NCBI GenBank assembly: GCA_050260015.1
Contig: JBLNBN010000030.1
Coordinates: 64,815 to 128,814 of the forward strand
DNA from: Chloroflexota bacterium
Lineage (GTDB): Bacteria; Bacteroidota; Ignavibacteria; Kapaibacteriales; UBA2268
Length of the DNA stretch: 64,000 bases
Direction: 5' to 3'
Shown here in pieces: positions 46,622 through 56,023 of the stretch. The notes under the pieces were generated by a model, which was not told the origin of the DNA, did not search any database, and saw nothing but the letters and a program-made list of their open reading frames with translations. The translations under genes and the position numbers were made by a program. The first letter of the stretch is position 1; every line of letters starts with the position of its first letter.

Positions 46622-47377
46622 ATGCGCAAGGACGATATAAAGCCTCTACCGCCTATTGTGGACGCGGCCGATTTAGATAACGACGAAGAACCGGACGAGG
46701 AATATACTAGGGATCCGAACGTGCCGCATCCAACGATTAATGCGCGCGGACAGGAGCTTTTTGACTCTAACGGGAACATCCCGCTCTCCGAAGCGGAACG
46801 AACGGAAATGATCCGGGAATTAAAAGCGAAATTTATCGAGGTGATGGATATACTGCGCATCTCGCGCAACGACCCAAATTCGACGGACACTGCGCACCGT
46901 ATAGCGCGTATGTACGTGAACGAGCTATTTACGGGCAGGTACTCCGCGCCGCCGGTTCCCACGGCTTTTCCAAACAGGAAGCACGTAAACAATTTGATTA
47001 TCAGCAAGGGCATTGAAGTAATGTCTATTTGCTCGCACCACTGGCAGCCGATCTCCGGGGAATGCGCAATCGGGTACATTCCCGGCGACTTCGTAATAGG
47101 GCTTTCCAAGCTTTCGCGTATAGTGGAGTGGTTCTCTCGCCGCGCTCAAATCCAGGAAGAGCTGGGCGAGCAAATTGCCGATTATCTTCAACAACTGTTG
47201 AAGCCAAAAGCGCTGGGCGTAGTAATTCGGGCGCGACACTATTGCATGATAGCGCGCGGAGTGCGGGGCAGCGAGCATAAATCGCTTATGGTCACTTCTT
47301 CCATGCGGGGCTATCTACTGGAGAATATGAACCTTCGAAATGAATTTCTTAATTTAATAAAAGAGCAAAAGGTATAA
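46622..47377 (+). CDS. folE: GTP cyclohydrolase I
   Basis: TAHRIARMY, SICSHHWQP, GLSKLSRIV, QIQEEL and HYCMIARGV. Confidence 0.93.
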   Translation: MRKDDIKPLPPIVDAADLDNDEEPDEEYTRDPNVPHPTINARGQELFDSNGNIPLSEAERTEMIRELKAKFIEVMDILRISRNDPNSTDTAHRIARMYVNELFTGRYSAPPVPTAFPNRKHVNNLIISKGIEVMSICSHHWQPISGECAIGYIPGDFVIGLSKLSRIVEWFSRRAQIQEELGEQIADYLQQLLKPKALGVVIRARHYCMIARGVRGSEHKSLMVTSSMRGYLLENMNLRNEFLNLIKEQKV

Positions 47378-47385
47378 AGTCCTCT

Positions 47386-48039
47386 ATGCCGAAACGGGTT
47401 CAAAAGGCGTTCGACAATACGGCTGAAGTCGCTCTGCGCGCGGGGTTCGCCTCTTTCGCCGGCATCGACGAGGCCGGCAGGGGATGCTTGGCCGGTCCGG
47501 TTTGCGCGGCCGCCGTAATTATGCCGGAAAGGGACTTTGCCCTAAGCGGGATAAATGACTCGAAAAAGCTTGCCCGCTCCAGGCGGGAGGAGCTTTATCA
47601 TTTTATTACGTCCAATGCGGTATCCTATGCCGTTAGCTTCGTACCCGCTGAAGTAATAGACGAAATTAACATTCTCCAGGCAACTTTCCTCGCAATGAAG
47701 CAGGCGGTCGAGCAATTAAATCCGCAACCTGAATTGCTTCTTATAGACGGGAACAGGTTCGCCAAGGGGTATGATAGGCCTTATAAAACAATTATAAAAG
47801 GGGATTCGCTATGCATCTCTATAGCGGCTGCATCAATACTGGCGAAGGTGGAGCGCGACCGCTTTATGATGCGAATTGCGGAAGAATTGCCTGAAGAATT
47901 TGATTTTGCGCACAATGTGGGCTACGGCGTTCAAAAGCATTTGGAAGCGATCGCTATTTATGGGCCAACCAAGTACCATAGGCGGAGCTTTCTTAAGAAA
48001 AGGCTTGACGCCCGGGGATCCCAGGAAGCGTTCCTATAG
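47386..48039 (+). CDS. rnhB: Ribonuclease HII
   Basis: GIDEAGRGCLAGPV, DSKKL, IDGN and SIAAASILAKV. Confidence 0.96.
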   Translation: MPKRVQKAFDNTAEVALRAGFASFAGIDEAGRGCLAGPVCAAAVIMPERDFALSGINDSKKLARSRREELYHFITSNAVSYAVSFVPAEVIDEINILQATFLAMKQAVEQLNPQPELLLIDGNRFAKGYDRPYKTIIKGDSLCISIAAASILAKVERDRFMMRIAEELPEEFDFAHNVGYGVQKHLEAIAIYGPTKYHRRSFLKKRLDARGSQEAFL

Positions 48040-48112
48040 AAAAATCTTTTAAATGTAGCTATTAATCCGTAATTTTGCATGATTTATAATTCACGAGCTT
48101 AGAAAAACCAAG

Positions 48113-49396
48113 ATGAATATTTTATTCGAGAATATCCGAATTATTGAGCCTGCCGGCGGCAGGGACGAAGTCGCGAACCTTTGGGTAAAGGACGGAGTAA
48201 TCGCATACATAGGAGCGGACGCCCCGCAGGTAGACGAATCGACGCAACGCGTTAACGCGGCAAGCTACGTGGCGGCCCCCGGCTTCTTCGATATGCACGT
48301 TCACTTCCGCGAGCCAGGCGACGAAACCAAGGAAACTATCGCAAGCGGTTCCGCCGCCGCGGCAAACGGCGGGTTTACCGGCGCGCTGTGCATGCCCAAC
48401 ACTAATCCCACCGTCGACGACGTGACGGTAGTCGAATATATAAAAAGCAAATCGGCTAACCAGGTAACCGACGTGCATATTTCCGGCGCAATAACGAAAG
48501 ATCGCAAAGGCGAGTTCATCGTTCCGATGTTGGAGCTGACCGACGCCGGCGCGCTGATGTTCACGGACGACGGTAATTGCGTTATGAACTCCGAAGTGAT
48601 GCGCCGCGCTTTCGATTACGCGGCGACGAGAGATCTCCTGATCGCTCAGCACGCGGAGGATCATCCGATGACTAAAGACTTCGCGATGAACGAAAGCGCT
48701 CTCTCGTATAAATTGGGCTTAAAGGGTTACCCAGCGGTTGCCGAGGAAAACATGATCGCCCGCGACTTGCGTCTTGCCGAATATTGCGGCAATAGGCGTT
48801 ACCATGTATGCCATATCAGCTCGAAGGGTTCCGTACAATTGGTAAGAGAAGCGAAAGCCAAGGGCTTACGCGTCACCGCTGAAGCGGCTCCTCATCATTT
48901 CACGCTAAATGAATCGATACTCGATAGTTACAATACCGACTTAAAAATGAATCCGCCCCTCAGATCGCAGGAAGACGTGGACGCAATCATCCAGGGCTTA
49001 GCCGATGGAACGATTGACTGTATCGCCAGCGACCACGCGCCGCATCCGTTCCATGAGAAAGACGTTCAATTCGAATACGCTTCCTACGGAATAGTCGGCC
49101 TGGAGACTTCTGTCGGGATCGCCCTGACTCGCCTTTATCATACCGGGGCAATGGAGCTTCCTAAGGTAATTGCGGCGCTTTCGACGAATCCCAGGAGAGT
49201 TCTTGGATTGGCCCAGCCGAGCCTGGAAGTAGGCGCGATAGCGAATTTGACTATTTTAGATCCGAACGAGGAATGGATAGTAAATAAACGCAATTTTAAA
49301 TCTCATTCGAATAATACTCCTTTTGACGGAATGACGCTAAAAGGCAAAGCGAAATACGCGATAAATAATAATAAAATGTCGGAATCGACTTTATAA
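48113..49396 (+). CDS. pyrC: Dihydroorotase (type I)
   Basis: DMHVHFREPG, MPNTNP, KMNPPLR and IASDHAPH. Confidence 0.95.
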   Translation: MNILFENIRIIEPAGGRDEVANLWVKDGVIAYIGADAPQVDESTQRVNAASYVAAPGFFDMHVHFREPGDETKETIASGSAAAANGGFTGALCMPNTNPTVDDVTVVEYIKSKSANQVTDVHISGAITKDRKGEFIVPMLELTDAGALMFTDDGNCVMNSEVMRRAFDYAATRDLLIAQHAEDHPMTKDFAMNESALSYKLGLKGYPAVAEENMIARDLRLAEYCGNRRYHVCHISSKGSVQLVREAKAKGLRVTAEAAPHHFTLNESILDSYNTDLKMNPPLRSQEDVDAIIQGLADGTIDCIASDHAPHPFHEKDVQFEYASYGIVGLETSVGIALTRLYHTGAMELPKVIAALSTNPRRVLGLAQPSLEVGAIANLTILDPNEEWIVNKRNFKSHSNNTPFDGMTLKGKAKYAINNNKMSESTL

Positions 49397-49423
49397 TAAC
49401 ATCAAGCTCTTTTGGGGAGATCT

Positions 49424-49612
49424 ATGGCGGAAAATAAATCTTTAGAAAAAGCGGATAGAAAATCTATAAACGAACGCGAAGAGAAAATGATGCGTACGAT
49501 GATGACTAAAGAGATAATGTCTAAAATAGAGAAGCGTCTTTTGGACAACGACCCGGACGTGATGAAAGCCCTTAAGATAATAATTGATGATAATTATAGA
49601 AAGAAAGAATAA
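49424..49612 (+). CDS. Small hypothetical protein (62 aa)
   Basis: GGGAG before ATG 49424; charged, helical sequence; fills the gap in a co-oriented gene run. Confidence 0.55.
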   Translation: MAENKSLEKADRKSINEREEKMMRTMMTKEIMSKIEKRLLDNDPDVMKALKIIIDDNYRKKE

Positions 49613-49682
49613 TAAGATTGCAATATAATCTATATTATGTAAACTAAAATAGTTTGTTATAATTCTTTATAAGCGGTATAAA

Positions 49683-50207
49683 ATGAATAGGTTTTTCAAT
49701 TCAAAGGTCGCAGCTGCCCTTTCAGTCGTAGCGGTTGCAGCGTTATCGAGATTTCTCCCGCATCCCCCCAATTTCACTGCGATATTGGGCGCGGCGATAT
49801 TCTCCGGCGCTATCATGAAGGATAAATATCTTGCTGCATTGCTGCCCGTAGCGGCTATGATCGTAAGCGATTTATTCCTGGGCTTGCACGAATCTTTATT
49901 CGCTGTTTACGCAAGCGTAATCGCTTGTTCGCTTATCGGACGGCGCTTTGCTTCGAACCGCGCCGCGGTTAACGTATTCGGCGTTTCTTTAGCTTCCGCG
50001 GTATTGTTCTTCGTAGTTACAAATCTTTCCGTTTGGGCTCTTTCGGGTATGTACCCGATGAACTTCGGCGGCTTGGTTTCCAGCTACATTATGGCTGTCC
50101 CGTTCTTCGGCAACCTGGTCGCGGGAACTCTTCTTTCTTCGTTCGCGCTCTTCACCGGTTACTCTTTACTTGAAAAGTACGCCGCACGCAAGGTCGCTCT
50201 CAACTAA
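49683..50207 (+). CDS. DUF6580 family putative transport (S-component-like) membrane protein
   Basis: SRFLPHPPNFT, SDLFLG, FFVVTN and Y.MAVPFF.N motifs. Confidence 0.82.
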   Translation: MNRFFNSKVAAALSVVAVAALSRFLPHPPNFTAILGAAIFSGAIMKDKYLAALLPVAAMIVSDLFLGLHESLFAVYASVIACSLIGRRFASNRAAVNVFGVSLASAVLFFVVTNLSVWALSGMYPMNFGGLVSSYIMAVPFFGNLVAGTLLSSFALFTGYSLLEKYAARKVALN

Positions 50208-50226
50208 GATAATGCTCATAAAAAAT

Positions 50227-50265
50227 AAAAAAGCGGAACTAAATCAAATTAGTTCCGCTTTTTTT
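50227..50265. terminator. Bidirectional intrinsic terminator
   Basis: AAAAAAGCGGAACTAA-atcaaa-TTAGTTCCGCTTTTTT. Confidence 0.82.
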
Positions 50266-50296
50266 AGGTCTGTTTCGTCAAAACGTAAGCTTTAGG

Positions 50297-52516
50297 TTAC
50301 CTGCTTACCAACGGCTTTTCGTATTCGGCCCGGGCGGCTTCCACTTCAATAGTATAGAATTCCCCAAACTTCATGCCCGTGCCTTTCACAACGCCAATCC
50401 TGCGGGCGGGCACGCTCATATCTTCGCAAATCCTGGTTGCTTCTTCCGCATTTTCCGGGGCAACCGTAATAATTATCCTGGTTTGCGACTCGTTAAAGAA
50501 GAATTCTTTAGATAATTCTCCCAAAGCTTCGAAGCCCAAGCGATTATCGGACGTAAATGCTTTTTCCGCCAATGCGATAGCTGCACCGCCCTCCGAAACG
50601 TCGTGAGCGGAATTAATTAAGCCCTTATCGTTCAATGAATAAATTGCGTTGAACAGGCGTAATTCGTCCTCAAGGCTTATTTCGGGAGCGTCGCCGAAGT
50701 TATCTCCTTCGAAAAGCTTTTGGTACTGGCTTCCGCCGAATTCATTTCTTCCTGCGTCCCCGAGTATGATTATTACGTCGCCTTCGGACTTAAACCCGCT
50801 GGAGATGACTTTATTCAAATCTTCGATTATGCCGAGCATACCGATTGTTGGCGTGGGATAAATCGCATGATTCTGGGATTCATTGTGGAAGCTCACGTTG
50901 CCGCCGGTCACGGGAGTGTCGAAGGCCCTGCAAGCCTCGCCCATGCCGCGGACAGCTTCCCTGAATTGCCAATACGCTTCCGGGTCGTAGGGATTTCCGA
51001 AGTTAAGGCAATTAGTTATAGCGACGGGTTTAGCCCCGACGCAAACTACGTTACGAGCGGCTTCGGCTACGGCGGCTTTAGCGCCCATATAAGGATCGAG
51101 GTAGCAATAGCGGCTGTTGCAGTCGGTCGTTACTGCGATTCCCCTTCCGGGCAATTCCTTAAGACGCATTACGGCGGCGTCGCCCGAGATGCGAACCGTA
51201 TTGGTTCTCACCTGAGAATCGTATTGCTCCGTTACCCAGCGCTTCGAGGCGATAGTAGGTTCGTTCAAGAGTGTATGGAAAACTTGCTCGAAGGTGTGCT
51301 CGGATTTAATATTTTCAGTTTTACGCGAACGAGTATCGGCAAGGTACGCCGGTTCTTTATATTCGCGATCGTATTGCGGCGCGCCGCCCCCGAGCACGAG
51401 ATCGTTAGCCGGGAGATGAGCGACTTTCTTGCCTTCGCGACGAATTTCAAGATAGCCGCCGTTAGTTACTTGCCCGATCTCGGTGATCGGTACGTCCCAC
51501 TTTTTGCAGATTCTCCTGGCTTTCTCTTCCATACCGCTGTGAATGACGGCGAGCATTCTCTCTTGCGATTCGGAAAGCATTATCTCGTAGGCGGACATCC
51601 CCTGCTCGCGCAGCGGCACCCTATCGAGATCGATCTTCATACCGACGCCGGTCTTAGCGCTCATTTCGCTGGTGGAGCACGAAATGCCGGCGGCGCCCAT
51701 GTCTTGAATTCCGGCTATAACGCCTGCTTCTATCAGTTCGATAGTAGCTTCAAGCAGGAGCTTTTCTGCGAATGGATCGCCAACTTGCACGGTCGGGCGC
51801 ATATTTTCAGTTTCCTCGTCGAACTCGCGGGAAGCGAGGAGCGAAGCGCCGTGGATGCCGTCGCGCCCGGTGCGGCTGCCGAGGATGAATACCGGATTGC
51901 CAACGCCGGAAGCGCCCGCGGAGGCCGTTTTCTTTACGTCGACTATACCGACGGCCATCGCGTTAACGAGCGGGTTATCTTTGTAGCATTTATCGAAGTA
52001 AATCTCCCCTGCGACGGTAGGCACGCCGAAGGAATTGCCGTAGTGGCTAATCCCGTGAACGACGCCGCGAAGCAAGTAGCGAGTGCGCTCGTCGTCGAGA
52101 TCTCCGAACCGGAGGGAGTCAAGCGCGGCGATCGGTCGCGCGCCCATCGTAAAGATATCGCGAAGTATGCCGCCGACGCCCGTGGCAGCGCCCTGGAAGG
52201 GTTCAATCGCCGAGGGGTGGTTGTGGCTTTCTATCTTGAACGCGATAGCGTATCCGTCGCCAACGTCCACGAGACCGGCGTTTTCCTCGCCCGCCTCAAC
52301 TAGCAGCCGCCCGCCGGAACGGGGAAGGGTTTTAAGCTGCTTAATCGAGTTTTTATACGAGCAGTGTTCGCTCCACATAACGCCAAATATACCGATTTCC
52401 GTATATGTAGGCGTCCTGCCTAAAATATTTAATATCTTTTTATATTCGCCTTCCGTTAAACCGCATTCAAGCGCGGTTTGCAACGTAACTTCAATTTCGC
52501 TGTGAAGTGGTTCCAT
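50297..52516 (-). CDS. purL: Phosphoribosylformylglycinamidine synthase subunit PurL (small form)
   Basis: MWSEHCSYK, KIESHNHPS, QDMGAAG, SESQERM, NCLNFGNP and GGNVS. Confidence 0.97.
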   Translation of the reverse strand: MEPLHSEIEVTLQTALECGLTEGEYKKILNILGRTPTYTEIGIFGVMWSEHCSYKNSIKQLKTLPRSGGRLLVEAGEENAGLVDVGDGYAIAFKIESHNHPSAIEPFQGAATGVGGILRDIFTMGARPIAALDSLRFGDLDDERTRYLLRGVVHGISHYGNSFGVPTVAGEIYFDKCYKDNPLVNAMAVGIVDVKKTASAGASGVGNPVFILGSRTGRDGIHGASLLASREFDEETENMRPTVQVGDPFAEKLLLEATIELIEAGVIAGIQDMGAAGISCSTSEMSAKTGVGMKIDLDRVPLREQGMSAYEIMLSESQERMLAVIHSGMEEKARRICKKWDVPITEIGQVTNGGYLEIRREGKKVAHLPANDLVLGGGAPQYDREYKEPAYLADTRSRKTENIKSEHTFEQVFHTLLNEPTIASKRWVTEQYDSQVRTNTVRISGDAAVMRLKELPGRGIAVTTDCNSRYCYLDPYMGAKAAVAEAARNVVCVGAKPVAITNCLNFGNPYDPEAYWQFREAVRGMGEACRAFDTPVTGGNVSFHNESQNHAIYPTPTIGMLGIIEDLNKVISSGFKSEGDVIIILGDAGRNEFGGSQYQKLFEGDNFGDAPEISLEDELRLFNAIYSLNDKGLINSAHDVSEGGAAIALAEKAFTSDNRLGFEALGELSKEFFFNESQTRIIITVAPENAEEATRICEDMSVPARRIGVVKGTGMKFGEFYTIEVEAARAEYEKPLVSR

Positions 52517-52681
52517 GGGGGCCTTGCAATTTTTCAAAAAACAAAATTATCATTTTTTTTCGAGATAATTAAATAAGATAGAAAATTCAATCAATAAATC
52601 AAACGCTGTTTAAAACAATGTATGGCTTTTTGTATCGTTATTAGTATTTTTGTTTTTCAAAAAATTATACTGTGCCAAAAC

Positions 52682-53257
52682 TTGAAAAAAGAAAGTTCTA
52701 AAAAGTCGCAGATTCTGAGCGTTTGCGTTGGTTTACTAAAGGAAAAGCCTATCGACGAAATATCAATAAGATCGATAGCGGAAAAGGCCGGGTGCAACCT
52801 GGCTTCTATCAATTATTACTTTAATTCGAAGGAAACGCTGTTCAATGAAGCGGTGGACCTGGCAATGCAGCAGGAAATTGAAACATGGAGCGAGCGCAAC
52901 CTCGATTTTAAAAATATAGGCCGCGAGGATATTAGAAACGTTCTTCTACATTTCCACCTTGCCGCTTTTCGCTATCCCAGCCTAGCAAGGACACGGATAA
53001 TTGATCTCCTAAACGCAAGCAAGCCAAACCGGGCAAATATGATGATCTACGATTTGATATTTAACATGGCCCGCGCCGTAATGCCGGAAATTGATCCTGA
53101 AGAAATTCGAGTTCGGACGAGCCTCGCGGTCGCTGCGGTTTGGTATGTTTCCTGCGGCAGGCTTGAATTGAACGCATTTTTGCGCGAACCGATAGATAAC
53201 GATGAATCCTTGCAGCGCTATACGGATAAAATCTTCGAAGTTTTGTTCAAGAAATAG
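52682..53257 (+). CDS. TetR/AcrR family transcriptional regulator
   Basis: SIRSIAEKAGCNLASINYYFNSKETL HTH; TTG 52682 is the likely start. Confidence 0.9.
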   Translation: MKKESSKKSQILSVCVGLLKEKPIDEISIRSIAEKAGCNLASINYYFNSKETLFNEAVDLAMQQEIETWSERNLDFKNIGREDIRNVLLHFHLAAFRYPSLARTRIIDLLNASKPNRANMMIYDLIFNMARAVMPEIDPEEIRVRTSLAVAAVWYVSCGRLELNAFLREPIDNDESLQRYTDKIFEVLFKK

Positions 53258-53474
53258 AAATTGCACAAATTAAATGAAAACGTATCATTGGCATCCAGGG
53301 TTCGATAGTCGGGATTCAATTACAATAAACCGGCATTCAATAGATATGGACAATAATTGTGGAATTCCAGGGAAACTTTACAATAATTTGTTCGTCATAT
53401 TCACGATATACGGGCTCAAAATCATAAATAGATTAATTAGATAGTTTTATTTACTCAAATTTTTAATAAATATA

Positions 53475-54863
53475 ATGACAAACTGGAGTAAACATTTGAA
53501 AGCTATAGCGCTTTACACTTTATTAGTAGCAACGGTTCTCAGCGCGTCCGTTCTACGCGCCCAGACAACTACGCTAACGCTTGACAATGCGATTGAGATC
53601 GGCGTAAAGAATAACCGGGACGTTCAGATCAACAAATTAAATATAGAGAAAGCGCATGCGGCCGTTAAGGAAGCGATAGGAACGGCATTGCCGAGCGTTT
53701 CGTTAGACGCTACCTATAGCAGATTTTTCAAGCAAGCAGTTTTCTTCTTACCTGAGGTCTTTTTTAATCCCCAGGGAGATCCGAATAAGCTCGTGCCAAT
53801 GAAAATGGGCGGCGCAAACTCCTACGAGGCAAAAGCTTCTGCCTCGCAAATCCTGTTTAACTCCGCGGTATTTACCGGGATCGGCGCATCCAAAATTTAT
53901 TTGGACGTTTCGAAAGAGCAGACAAAGGCAAGCGTTGCAAAGACGATTTCAGACATTAAAAAAGCTTTTTATGGCGCAGTTTTAGCTAAAGAAATCATCC
54001 TGGTTCTTCAGCAGAGCCTGAAAACCGGCGAGTCTAACCTGGAGGTTGTTCGCGCGCTAAACCAGGAAGGCATGATTGCGGAATTCGACGTTATGCAAGC
54101 TGAAGTGCAGGTCGGAAATTTGCGCCCGCAAATCGTCCAGGCGGAAATCGGCTACAAGAACGCGAAAGAAGCGTTGAAGTTATTGATGAATATTGACAAG
54201 AGCAAAGACATCGAGGTAGAGGGTTCGCTGCCTACCAGCGAGCCGGGCCTGGATTCGGACGCCGTTTATATAGCGGAAGCTGAAAAAAACAACTTCGACC
54301 TGCGCACCCTGGCTCTTAAGAAGGAAGTCGACCGCGCGATGATCAATATTGAAAGATCCAACTACTACCCTACAGTAGCCGCATTTTCGCAGTATTCTTT
54401 CCAAGGGCAATCAAATACTTTTAGCAATTTTGCAAACGCGCAGATAGGCGTCGTCGGGGTTAATTTCTCCATTAATCTTTTTAACGGTATGCAGACAAGC
54501 CGCCGCGTCGAGCAGGCGACCGTTACCCAGCTTCAAACGGAAGAGCAATACGGGCAGTTACGGGACTACACCGCAATGCAAATCCGCGGCCGGCTTTTTG
54601 AAATTGATAGGATCCGGACCGAGCTCGAATCCCACGATCGGAATATTGCGCTCGCGTCGCGTTCGCTCGAAATTGCCAACGTTCGGTATACCGAGGGCGT
54701 GGGCAGCCAACTTGAAATAATAAATTCCGACAACGCGTTGCGCGTAGCACGGATGAACAGACTTCAAACCGTTTACCAGTACGTAACGGCGCAGACGGAA
54801 CTCGAACAGCTTATCGGAAGAGTGGAGCCGCGCTATTTCAGACTGGCCGGAATAAACGAATAA
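53475..54863 (+). CDS. TolC family outer membrane protein
   Basis: LTLDNAIEIG..NN, YYPTV and NLFNG motifs; first gene of the efflux operon. Confidence 0.92.
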   Translation: MTNWSKHLKAIALYTLLVATVLSASVLRAQTTTLTLDNAIEIGVKNNRDVQINKLNIEKAHAAVKEAIGTALPSVSLDATYSRFFKQAVFFLPEVFFNPQGDPNKLVPMKMGGANSYEAKASASQILFNSAVFTGIGASKIYLDVSKEQTKASVAKTISDIKKAFYGAVLAKEIILVLQQSLKTGESNLEVVRALNQEGMIAEFDVMQAEVQVGNLRPQIVQAEIGYKNAKEALKLLMNIDKSKDIEVEGSLPTSEPGLDSDAVYIAEAEKNNFDLRTLALKKEVDRAMINIERSNYYPTVAAFSQYSFQGQSNTFSNFANAQIGVVGVNFSINLFNGMQTSRRVEQATVTQLQTEEQYGQLRDYTAMQIRGRLFEIDRIRTELESHDRNIALASRSLEIANVRYTEGVGSQLEIINSDNALRVARMNRLQTVYQYVTAQTELEQLIGRVEPRYFRLAGINE

Positions 54864-54886
54864 TCAGGAAAACAATAGAGGTAAAT

Positions 54887-56014
54887 ATGAGTTTTAACGC
54901 ATCGAAATTAATATTATTCATTGCAATAGCAGGTGTAATTACATCCTGCAACAAAGCGGACAATTCAATCCAAGCCAAGAAAGCGGAATTGGCAAAGCTC
55001 CGCGCGAACGCGGCGGAAATACAGGGTAAGATACGCGCGCTCGAAAGCGAGATCAAGAATTCTGGCGACGGCTCCGTCGCTGAAAAGGTCGACGTGCAAG
55101 TCCGCGAAGTTAAGCTTGCCGCATTTACCCGGGCGCTGGACGTACGTGGTAAGATCGAATCCGATCGCGTCGCGATGGTCCCGGCCAAAATGGGAGGACC
55201 CGTAATTTCCATTAACGTACAACCCGGCCAGAACGTCGGCGCAGGCGCGCTGCTTATGACGGTTGACGCCGAGGTGCTGAAGACTAGCGTGGCTCAGATA
55301 CAGACCGGTCTCGACTTCGCTCGTACGATGTACGAAAAGCAAAAGCGGCTCTACGACCGCAAAGCGATTTCCGAAGTACAGTACCTCCAGGCTAAGAACC
55401 AGGTCGACAACCTTGAAAAGCAGCTTGCTACGACCCGTCAGCAGATAGCCCAGGCCAGGATAACGGCGCCGTTCGCGGGAGTCGTCGAGGAAGTATTCCC
55501 CAAACTTGGAGAAATGGTTGGTCCCGGCTCCCCCGTCGTCAGGCTTACGGCAATGTCTGGCTTGAAGATAACGACCGACATTTCCGAAAGCTACGCAAGC
55601 ACGATGAAAACCGGCTTACCGGTAAAGATATTAATCAGGGATTTAAATTATGAAGCTGAAGGCAGGGTTCGTACGGTCACGAAATCAATCGACCCTACCA
55701 AAAGGACGTTCCGCGTAGAAATAGGACTACCAAAGAATGTGGCCGGGCTTAAACCCAATATGATAGTGGACCTGAAGATAAACGATTATACAAACCCGAA
55801 TGCGGTCATTATACCTTTATCTATTATTCAACGCGAAGGCGATAAGCAGTTTGTATTTATCAGCAATAGCGGAATTGCGAAAAAGCGGTACATTACGACG
55901 GGCTTCACACAGGGCGATCAGGCGGAAATAATCGGCGGATTGAAGCCTGGCGACAGCGTTATCATCGAGGGAGCGTTCGACGTTTCCGACGGTCAGCCAT
56001 TATCGATTAAATAA
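54887..56014 (+). CDS. RND efflux periplasmic adaptor (lipoprotein)
   Basis: Lipobox ITS-C; ITAPFAGVV, LKPNM and GLKPGD. Confidence 0.93.
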   Translation: MSFNASKLILFIAIAGVITSCNKADNSIQAKKAELAKLRANAAEIQGKIRALESEIKNSGDGSVAEKVDVQVREVKLAAFTRALDVRGKIESDRVAMVPAKMGGPVISINVQPGQNVGAGALLMTVDAEVLKTSVAQIQTGLDFARTMYEKQKRLYDRKAISEVQYLQAKNQVDNLEKQLATTRQQIAQARITAPFAGVVEEVFPKLGEMVGPGSPVVRLTAMSGLKITTDISESYASTMKTGLPVKILIRDLNYEAEGRVRTVTKSIDPTKRTFRVEIGLPKNVAGLKPNMIVDLKINDYTNPNAVIIPLSIIQREGDKQFVFISNSGIAKKRYITTGFTQGDQAEIIGGLKPGDSVIIEGAFDVSDGQPLSIK

Positions 56015-56023
56015 GGAAATCAA

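Noticed and set aside
49613-49682. Cobalamin riboswitch upstream of the DUF6580 gene
   Set aside because: The gap is only 70 bp, is AT-rich, and lacks the B12 box.
50720-52303. 527-aa plus-strand ORF
   Set aside because: It lies wholly antisense to purL and has no motifs; it is a codon-bias shadow.
53290-53340. tRNA fragment (GGGTTCGAT) in the TetR-tolC gap
   Set aside because: No T-stem or acceptor pairing surrounds it.
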